Shown here piece by piece: positions 53,558 through 64,000 of a stretch of 64,000 bases of DNA; the first letter of the stretch is position 1; each line of letters starts with the position of its first letter. The notes beneath the pieces were generated by a model. It had not been told where the DNA came from and did not search any database. It worked only from the letters and a program-made list of their open reading frames with translations. The position numbers and the translations under genes are program-made. This stretch comes from Eledone cirrhosa (taxonomy: Eukaryota), in NCBI GenBank assembly GCA_964016885.1, contig OZ024750.1, forward strand, positions 11,098,001-11,162,000, read 5' to 3'.

Positions 53558-56500
53558 TACATACACACGCATATACACACATATATACACACACAGGCAC
53601 ATATATATATATATGCGATTGTTTGAGCATTGTTTTATGTATGTCCATTTGCATAGGTTTATGTACCAACATGTAGATTTGCATTTGTGTTTTTTGCAAT
53701 TAATTTACCAAGTTGTGATTTCTGCTATGTTTGTATCCGTAGAAACGTGAATTAAATTCAATTATAGAGTTTCTTTTCAGTATGTTGATGATAATTGACG
53801 TGTCATTTTTCTGCCTTTGCTTACAAAGCCTATATGATTTGACTGAGCTTTTCCTTGCTTTTGTCTCTGACAATTCTTTTGTTTAACATCATTTCTAAAA
53901 GTATTCTGGCATCAGTTGTTTATGTTATTTAATTATATACCACAGACACGTCTTAATTTAATGATACTTTTTTTCTATTCATTATCAAATTCTTCTTTAT
54001 CATAACAGTTGATTTTTTTTTTTTTATTAAACGTTGAGAGCATTCGCAAAGACAAAATGTGTGCTAAGTATTATAGGTAATACTGAATGTTTTGTGAATC
54101 TGTTATTACGTATGCATAAACAGCATCTTAGAGAGCGTATTTATCGCAATGTCTCACAAAGGAATACTTAAAAAAGTAATACCTGTTATTAAACCATTAA
54201 CCCTTTTATTCACAACTGACGATACTTTATCTACACATTCATATCTCTGTAGATTCTAAATATAATAGATTTGAAATTATTTCGTTTGGTATAGGATTAC
54301 GACAAAATAATCTTCTGAAAAACTAAATCAGTTTAGGATATCTAAATCAGTTTAGGATATCTAAAATATATTTCCGTCAAAAAATGTGTTAAATTATATT
54401 TAGAACAGATCGAATATCACTCAGACATATTTGTAAAAGAAGAATATGAAGATGTTTTTTGTCAACTATTAGGATCAAATATTTAGAGTGACATGCACAA
54501 TTAAAAAAACTAGGTCCAGATAGTTTATGAGAGTGGAAAACGAATTACACCCATTCGGAATATTTACTGAAATGTGAGTGGAAAAAAAAGATCGTTTGGT
54601 GAGGTTAGTTTATTTTAATTTATTAGGAATCATTTAAATAAAAATCTATAGAAACAAATTTAGAGTTGAATGATATTTGAGTTAGAAACATTGGTTCATG
54701 AGATAATGACCTAGAAATCAGTGCTTCGTAGATATTAAATTACAAAAAGTCGTTATTCCCAATTGTTGTCTGGTATTCCATAACACCGAGAATGCATTAG
54801 TGTTGGGGTATTTTTTTATATTTAGGCGAGTGAATAATTTGATATTGGGAGGCGTTCTTCGCATTAGATATGTACATTATATAGTTTCCTTTTCTTTAAT
54901 TTTGTCTAATTTATACTTCGTCTTCCTTATTTCCGAATTAATGTAATCACGGTTTTCTATTTTGTACTTGTAAGGCTGCCTATTCGGCGCCTCTTTAGCA
55001 ATTACAAGCATTTTTTTCTTTTTCAGTAAACTTATTTTTATTGCTTACGTTCATACCATAATTGGACACTGTTTTCTACACTTTCCAGTTTTTCTTGTTT
55101 TGTTTTCTATTGCATTGAAACTATTCTGTGTCATGTGTTCCACCTGGTAACGCAATTTATTGTATATTGTGTTTATGTGTAAGTACTGGTGCTTGGATTA
55201 TACATAGGTCTGCATCATTTTTATCATTCCCTTGGCGCCTATTATTAGAATGATTGCTTCTATTTGCAATCCTTGCATCCTTGTTATCAGAATTTCTAGA
55301 TCGTTATATTTGATAAATTCGCCATATAATATAAAACTCCATTTTATTTTACTTTTATTTTTACAAATGTTTATGGTCCTTGTGAGTTGTATGCTAGTAA
55401 GGAATAATAAATAACGTTTGAAATGTCTTCTACTGGTTAGAACTAAAACAATTCAAACTGTCTTTTCTATTATCCTTACTAAGGCCTGTCTTACTGACGA
55501 TCATAATCTCAACATATATTATTTAGCAAAATTCTCGTGTTCATGTGAAAGTAATAAAAAAGTTTTACTTACTTTATTGTTATAATATTGTTGTGTCTGC
55601 TTATATTACTGTTCTATATAGTGTATCTCTCCGCGCGCGCGTGCGTGCGTGTGTAATAAAATCAAATACGGTGGGGGTTTAAGATAAAAAAGAAAAGGAG
55701 TTACCAAAAATTTGCTTCTGAAAAATACCGGTTAGACTTAAATACTCATTTTAAATCCTATACCAATTTGTAGCAGCATAATGAATATCAGCAGAATGAA
55801 AGGATTTACTAACGAAATAGCAAGCATGTGGTACTGAGGTGACGACGACGGCGACACCTACTACTCCACTGGCAGCAATATCCATGATAAATATATACAG
55901 AAGAATTACCGCAGCAGCAGCAATACCAACAACCCGAGCAACGGTGATTTCTTCCAGTTATTTCCCTCCAATACATAGACAACGTGTCTGCCAAGCTGAG
56001 AACTCGACCTGCTCTGAGTAAACACTTGTGGATTTGAGCAGGACGGTTAAGAGAAGGCTGTTTCTTTAAAAGCTACGGTGGATATGGCCTTTTCAAAGCT
56101 TTTCCACGTGTGTGTCCCGAAAGTCTCTCTTTTGCTGGGAAATTTGTCTAGTTTTGAATATTATAACCAGTTTTGTTTCTCTTAATCTTCAACCGTTCAC
56201 TTTCCTAAATCTATACTGATTCACTAAATCTTTAGAGCTTCTAGAAAATTTATTTCACAATACAGATTGTAATAAAAATGACTGCTGTAGGTTTCCGAAA
56301 AATCTCAAATAATTATTTTTCTGCCTTCTGTTGATAAGAAATTGCATTTACAATTGTCTTGATGAAATATTTAATGAGTCGCTGTTCTTTCTATAAAGCG
56401 TTGTAAAGGTGTTCTATAATTGTGTTATGACAGTTCGCTTTCCGAGTCTATCATAAAAATATCTCACTACAGTATTGTCTCTTCATTAGCGCAACACATT

Positions 56501-57210
56501 TCGTTTTGGAAGAAATACCTAACATGGTTTCTTTATATAATAAATGTATTCTATCCAAACCCATCATTATTCTTCTACATAATTAAGAGTTGTCTTCAAA
56601 AAATAAAATAAATAAAAAAGAATAAGCAACCATATTTCCTCTTTTTTTACGAGATTTTTCAACTGTATGGTGTTTATTTACTTTTGAGAACCGTTAACCA
56701 CTTTCAAGTTGTATGTTAATATTCGTAGCTTAAGACAACTTTGACATTACATATTTCTGTGTTGATAAAATAGCCAGCAGTAATATGATGAGACACATCT
56801 CAATTAACTTTAACTAACCTTGCATGATTCTAAGAAATAAATACTTGTTTACATTACATTACTAGAATCAGTACACCGAGAGATTAATTGCCTTGCTTCC
56901 TTCAGGCACGTTACTCACCTATCTGCAAGGAATTAGTAAGGAATTATGTGTCTCGTCATTATTTTCATTCTATTTTCGTATCCCAGCTTCATTGATTCGT
57001 GTTTTATATTCTCTTTTAGTTTGTCCTTTTTAAATATTTTTGTTTTTATTCTTTGTAGTTTCGGGCTTCAATACATACACACATACATACATATATAGAA
57101 TCGTGATCTCATGCACAGAAATGCTATAACTTAGCTTATAAAACCGGATGAAGACCATTAAACACGGAGAAAGAAGTTACCATCGGAGTGTGTGTGGTGT
57201 GGTGTAGTGT

Positions 57211-57212
<2 letters not shown>

Positions 57213-57298
<86 letters not shown>
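57213..57298. repeat. (GT)n microsatellite
   Basis: Pure GT run. Confidence 0.98.
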
Positions 57299-57301
<3 letters not shown>

Positions 57302-57778
57302 TAAGGTGTATTATTGGTTGTGCAAAACGGTCCAATAAATTTTTGTTAGCAATATTAAGTTCTCCACGCTTTAGTATATCTCCAATTCCATTCAAGATGA
57401 TGTAAAACGGAGTATTAGTATCAACATGAAAATCCGAAGGCAAGGTAAAATTTCAAATCATTTTAATCACGACACATGTTTCAATAAGAGATAGATCGAT
57501 CCTGAAACCATGATCAATTATCACTGATCGCGTCGGTGTTAAGTGTGTGTGTACCCACTCACATTAACTGTGACCGATTGTATTTCTACAGATTTGATTG
57601 ATGTCCAGCGTCTTTTGCAGCTATTGGGATATAGAAATTTGATAGTTTTATGACCTTAACTGAAGTTGATAGCAGTCGCCGCATTTCGACTGATTGATCT
57701 TCATATGAGGGAATAAACTCTGTGAGTGAACATTGTTAATTTTCTCTCTCATATCAAGAATTTGAAAACAATTCATTT

Positions 57779-57852
57779 TCACCTGATGAGATCAGTGATA
57801 ATTGATCATGGCTTCACGATCGATCTATCTCTTATTGAAACATGTGTCGTGA
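57779..57852 (+). ncRNA. Type I hammerhead ribozyme with expanded stem II (family D)
   Basis: TCAC-CTGATGA-GATCA..ATT-GAAA-C(ATGT)G-T-C-GTGA, GUC triplet. An inverted, core-mutated copy lies at 57425-57536. Confidence 0.65.
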
Positions 57853-59796
57853 TTAAAATGATTGGACATTTTACCTTGCCTTCGGATTTTCATTTTATAT
57901 TATCTAACATTAAAACCACATGCATAGTTTGAAATTTCTAATAAAAGTAAACATTAATATTGTCACTTTATAGGATAAAGTGAACGAATTGTCTTCAGTT
58001 AATAACATTGCTAGCAATATTACATTATATACTCTATAATTAAACCATATAATAATTTCATTATGTTAAAAGGCAAGATTTGTTCTTGCATTCCAAAGTC
58101 TTTTATAGTAAATTCGATATAGTACTTTAATCTTCCTTTAACTTTAATCACTTTAAAGCGTTTTGATTTGAAACATATTTCTAAACTTATTTTGATTTAT
58201 TTGCAACGAATGTACCAAACGTATTTTAATTTTAATTAGCCTCCTCTATTATGCCTAAGTCTATTATTAGAAATTCATTTCGCATTCATTCTCTTTATAT
58301 AATTATATGTTCAAATTTTGATATATCATACGTTATTATTACTTGAAACTTATCTTCTAAACATATTTTCCAAACGTAAGCTTTATCTGATCTGAAAAGA
58401 AATATTTTAAATTATTACTGTACAAGTCTTTTCTTTCTAAATTTTAAATAATTACATGTTGTACTGAGTAACACAATAGATACTTCAATCGAATACGAAA
58501 ATTGTATTATATTTAGGATTTCTATTACAATTAATATTGTCATTTTAATATGTAAAACTCAATTTTCTTGTACAGTAATCACAGAAAATATTAAAGTAAG
58601 CGGTATTATGACTATCAATTTACGTAATGGAAATGGCGGATCTGCACATTTAGTTGTACTGTTTGAAAATATATCACTCTTCATATTCAGCCATTAACGC
58701 AACTTATCTTCTATGATGTATACATAAATGTTTTGCTTAGTTAATCCACTTAACTATAAAATAAACATAAAATCCACTTAACTATAAAATAAACATGATA
58801 GAGATGAGCAACTCAACGATTTGTAACATTCTTTTAAAATTTCGTTTACATTTTCAGTTCGATCTACCATACATACATAAGACGAATATGCACTAGATAT
58901 ATATCATTAAAACAGAACATTAACTACGTACCATCTTTTAAGTACTGCTAATATTCTAATTAGGTTTAGGTACCGGAGATTCTAGTGGAGTAAATATCTA
59001 AATCGACTTTACTTCTCGTCTCTCAGTGGTCCATAAAACAACCACCAGATTCATACCACACTTAAATCAATGGAGAGTATTCCTCTCTTCTCCCTTGTAT
59101 AAAGGTCATAAACGGATATTTCAAAGGTGTCATCATAACGAGGTTGCCCATCTAAATGCATTGTTGCACCTTTTTCGTACACTGTTACATTTTATTTCAA
59201 TTTTAACTCTCAGCATGATTCTTTATTTTTCCAATCGGTATAGGTCTCAATCCCAAATGGGATTGTCGTGAGAGAAATGAGAAATTAACCCAACCAGCGA
59301 TACGTGATGAAATCTAAGAGATAAAGGCTGCCAAAATTATTCTACGACGCACTTCATGTTCTCCTTTGACGCTAACTCCTCCGTAAATTTACAGACACTG
59401 GGAAAGAGACGAACGCCACGAAAATATTTCCTTCCCTTTAAAATATACGTTTTTGGCCTAAAATATAGAAATCGGAATTACAATTTCAAATAATGAATAT
59501 CGAATGGCCAAATGACCAACACACGAGACGAAGCAGCGACAATGTTGCAATACTAAATGGAGCTCTTTTTTTTTTTTTCATTTCATATTCTGCAATATTA
59601 GGGCTTCACAACATTTGTGTTCTATTTCAAAAGTATAAGACCTACACACTTAATCTTAATTATCATTTATTTCCTCTGTAAAATAAAATAGAAACGCTAT
59701 GTTTACATTATAAAATATGTATCAAACGGTTTTATTCACAATTCATACTCTAACAACTATCATATTTCACTCGAGGTTATTTTGTGAAGGTTTTCA

Positions 59797-59902
59797 AGAA
59801 AAGTTAACCTCGGCGGGATTTGAACTTAGATCATAAAGCGCCGTGACTATGCTGCAAATCATGTCATCCGACCCTCAACCGATACTGCCAATCCGCTGCC
59901 CT
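59797..59902 (-). mobile_element. tRNA-SINE 5' half
   Basis: Reverse complement of the head and B-box. Confidence 0.8.
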
Positions 59903-60999
59903 AAATTTGTTATTAATGGAAGTATATTCGGTCTTGCCCATCAGATCTTGCCCATCAGATCAGAATTGTTACAATCTATATGACAATAGACTACTCATTA
60001 GCAGCGTAACAACAATATCGACGGTCGGACGCTAAGAATTAATACTGAATAATCTAGATTTAATTGAAGCGTGTTTATATGACTGTCATTTTATAAGATA
60101 ATATTAACTGATCTCTTTATATCTAGAACAGAAGTTGAGAATATGAAAAGAGTCGCTATGATGATGTATCTTAAGTACATATAAGAGAGACTCTATCATC
60201 TTCAATGAAACAAAAACAAACCCTGGTTATTGTTGAAAAGATACAGATTCTGGCTCTGAAACAAATTACATCTGAACCAGTACAAATGAATTATGAAAGA
60301 TTGAGAAACGGCGTATGATTTTTCTTCAGTGAATGATACTTTGAGGGCAAGATGTCATCTCCTGGATATGATCTCATAAAATACAATTAATTGAAATATT
60401 ATCTGATATCGCGCATTGGTCTAAACTATTACAATACATGCAGTTTCAGGAGAATACTGCAATGAGATTATATTACCTATAATTAGCAGTGAAATGATTA
60501 ATGATTTTACTTCGGTTGCTATTAATGATAATAGTACTGCGTGCAGACAAGCAGGAACCACATGGAAAAGGTCACATAAGACTGTTGTGGCTATACCCTT
60601 ATTGTACTAAAGTATTCTCCTTTTGACATGACATGCAGCATCAGTAAGAAGATGGATTGTTTGTCTGCCTGTCGGTTAGTAAGAAAAACTTGTGAGAAAG
60701 TGCATGAAGTCGATGCTGATACTACTAGTACCTGCAACATTGCGACCGACAGTCACACTTCCGTAACAGTCATTAAGTAGAATCATATTGAAGTACCGAT
60801 GAAGATGAACTCTGACGAGGGTGTTACTATCATCCTTATCATCCCCGACTTAACTAGGATCTCTCCCACTCTCGTGTCTTGCAATGATACTCTTGCTTTG
60901 GTAGTTCACTAATCAATCTAATGGAACAGGTATGGAACTATTTGGAGACAAAATCTAGACATGGTATATTTACCATTATTATTATTATATATACATAGA

Positions 61000-61144
61000 G
61001 CATGACGCATAGAGTTACGGCCCTTGCCATTCTGAGTTCAAATCCCGCCGAGGTTGACTTTGCCTTTCATCCTTACGGGGTCGATAAAATAAAGTACCAG
61101 TAATGTACTGGGATAATTGCTGGCCTTATGCCTAAAGTAGAAAC

Positions 61145-61150
<6 letters not shown>
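61000..61150 (+). mobile_element. tRNA-SINE, 5'-truncated
   Basis: Consensus match ending in (TA)n. Confidence 0.9.
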
Positions 61151-61184
<34 letters not shown>

Positions 61185-61192
<8 letters not shown>

Positions 61193-61350
61193 ATTATATA
61201 TATGCATGTATATTATATATATATATATATATTATATATATATATGCATGTATATTCTATATATATATATATATAATATATATATATAATATACATGCAT
61301 ATATATAATATACATGCATATATAATATACATGCATATATATATAATATA

Positions 61351-61419
<69 letters not shown>

Positions 61420-61639
61420 CATGCATATATATAGATGTATATATATATAATATACATGCATATATATATATATATATAATATACATGTATATATATAATA
61501 CACATGCATATATATATATAATATACATGCATATATATATATATATATAATATACATGCATATATATATATAATATACATGCATATATATATATATATAA
61601 TATACATGCATATATATATATATATATATATAATATACA

Positions 61640-61676
<37 letters not shown>

Positions 61677-61678
61677 CA

Positions 61679-61727
<49 letters not shown>

Positions 61728-61729
61728 CA

Positions 61730-61770
<41 letters not shown>

Positions 61771-61772
61771 CA

Positions 61773-61803
<31 letters not shown>
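61185..61803. repeat. Variable-length AATATACATGCA-(TA)n minisatellite
   Basis: Constant core separated by (TA)n of varying length. Confidence 0.92.
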
Positions 61804-61807
<4 letters not shown>

Positions 61808-62052
61808 GATGGCTGCGCCCTCGTTATCGAGTATGGCCATTGCACGATACAACATTATTAATGGCATGATAGCATTAATAATTATCAATTAATGCTATCA
61901 TGCCCTGCCTATGCGTGAAGACGGTGCACTGAGCCAATCCTACTCTCTGAGCGACAGTAGCTATAACCCGAAAAGAAGTAAAGATCTACGTCATCAGTTA
62001 CTGAGCTGCATGTTTTATGTCGGAGTTATCCCAGTTTCCTGAGTTGTCTTCT

Positions 62053-62151
62053 TCTAGCTGTCGAAACGGCAAGAGCTCAGCCGTCTTTCTAATATAACCG
62101 CACTCTACCATCCCAAGTATCAAGTACACTGTTGAATAATGGTCTATCTTG
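62053..62151 (+). mobile_element. Diverged family A element
   Basis: CTAGCTGTC-GAAA-CGGC..GAGCTCA-GCCG-TC plus a decayed tail. Confidence 0.65.
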
Positions 62152-62171
62152 TGTTATACTGATTTAATCCT

Positions 62172-62207
<36 letters not shown>

Positions 62208-62735
62208 CACATACATACATACACACACATATACAGAGAGATTAAGTGAACGGTTCGTGTTTATATGTGAACGTGCATACATACTTGTTATTTGTTATCT
62301 TATCCAATCACACAATCATAGTATCTTTTAACCTGTAGACATAAACCTCTCTACAGAAAAATAGGCTACTGTGTTACGGTTCCACCATCATAAAGCTTCT
62401 CTGTTCTGGCTGACAAACAAATACAAATATTTTTATCAGTCAACACTTTACTGCAGATAACGCTTTACATTAATACACCATATGGATATCTTTTTGTATA
62501 TTTGTCAATGTGTATATGTTGGATATATGAATATGGGTGTATATGACCGTGTGATGCGATCATATGAGAGAATGTGTGTACAAATAAGAATGCATACATG
62601 TAGGGCTTTTACATCTCATCGATTGCCGATATTTTGAAATATATTCCGATCGGCTATGCTAGTAATCTCCATTTGTTCTGTAGCCTACAAGTGTATGTTA
62701 CAATATTGCAAATACGAATGGCATCAAAGTATCAC

Positions 62736-62771
<36 letters not shown>

Positions 62772-62992
62772 GATATCTACATTTAAAAATAAATGAAATA
62801 TTGAATGTTGACTGACAGTTTGCAGATATGGCTAACCAATAAATTTCTAAGTTCGTTTCCATGACAAAATGACACGTGGTTATTTACTTTCGGGATGCAT
62901 ACATTTAAAATTTCACATCATCCAACTGTTTCTAGCTGCAGGCGTAAAATCATCTCAACCAAATATGAGGTCACAACTGTTTAGCGCAGTTA

Positions 62993-63899
62993 TTAAAGCA
63001 ATTTTATTAATATAATTTAAAATGCTATTAAACCAATTTTACTAATATAATTTAAAATGCTATTAAACCAATTTTACTAATATAATTTAAAATGCTATTA
63101 AACCAATTTTACTAATATAATTTAAAATGCTATTAAACCAATTTTACTAATATAATTTAAAATGCTATTAAACCAATTTTATTAATATAATTTAAAATGC
63201 TATTAAACCAATTTTACTAATATAATTTAAAATGCTATTAAACCAATTTTATTAATATAATTTAAAATGCTATTAAACCAATTTTACTAATATAATTTAA
63301 AATGCTATTAAACCAATTTTACTAATATAATTTAAAATGCTATTAAACCAATTTTACTAATATAATTTAAAATGCTATTAAACCAATTTTACTAATATAA
63401 TTTAAAATGCTATTAAACCAATTTTACTAATATAATTTAAAATGCTATTAAACCAATTTTACTAATATAATTTAAAATGCTATTAAACCAATTTTATTAA
63501 TATAATTTAAAATGCTATTAAACCAATTTTACTAATATAATTTAAAATGCTATTAAACCAATTTTATTAATATAATTTAAAATGCTATTAAACCAATTTT
63601 ATTAATATAATTTAAAATGCTATTAAACCAATTTTACTAATATAATTTAAAATGCTATTAAACCAATTTTATTAATATAATTTAAAATGCTATTAAACCA
63701 ATTTTATTAATATAATTTAAAATGCTATTAAACCAATTTTACTAATATAATTTAAAATGCTATTAAACCAATTTTATTAATATAATTTAAAATGCTATTA
63801 AACCAATTTTATTAATATAATTTAAAATGCTATTAAACCAATTTTACTAATATAATTTAAAATGCTATTAAACCAATTTTACTAATATAATTTAAAATG
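62993..63899. repeat. 35-bp tandem minisatellite, about 26 units
   Basis: AATTTTAYTAATATAATTTAAAATGCTATTAAACC, period 35, one C/T polymorphic site. Confidence 0.98.
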
Positions 63900-64000
63900 T
63901 CTTCAACCTAAACTTTGATTATCTATAACCGTATAAACCAGGCAACCTTTTTCGAGAAGCGGACCGCATGAGATATGGCTCATCATCAGGTAGGCCGCAA

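Noticed and set aside
60808-60845. CTGACGA followed by a GGGTG/CATCC hairpin
   Set aside because: GAAA and stem III are missing
63938-64000. Possible hAT-MITE end or minus-strand CTGATGA motif at the window edge
   Set aside because: Truncated by the window, and the pairing is unconvincing

Overview
AT-rich eukaryotic (animal) non-coding DNA, intronic or intergenic. It is probably from a coleoid cephalopod such as Octopus; this is an inference from the extreme (TA)n/(CA)n/(GA)n density and the SINE families. No credible protein-coding gene is visible: nearly all listed ORFs are microsatellite read-throughs. The window holds about 20 copies or fragments of a tRNA-derived SINE, a second CORE-like SINE family, a non-autonomous Helitron, a pogo/Tc1-like MITE, RTE-LINE remnants, two long minisatellite arrays (31 bp and 35 bp units) and weak transposase fossils. 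The main hidden signal is about 10 sequence-unrelated families of short (100-250 bp) non-coding elements that each carry a type I hammerhead ribozyme. I folded these by eye; several have intact cores and compensatory stem changes between copies. They usually end in (TA)n microsatellites and very often occur as fold-back palindromes whose centre lies at or near the ribozyme. This fits non-autonomous Penelope-like or retrozyme-type retroelements. An HDV-like ribozyme fold is also present in an RTE 5' UTR. All folds and family assignments were made manually and are not computationally verified.
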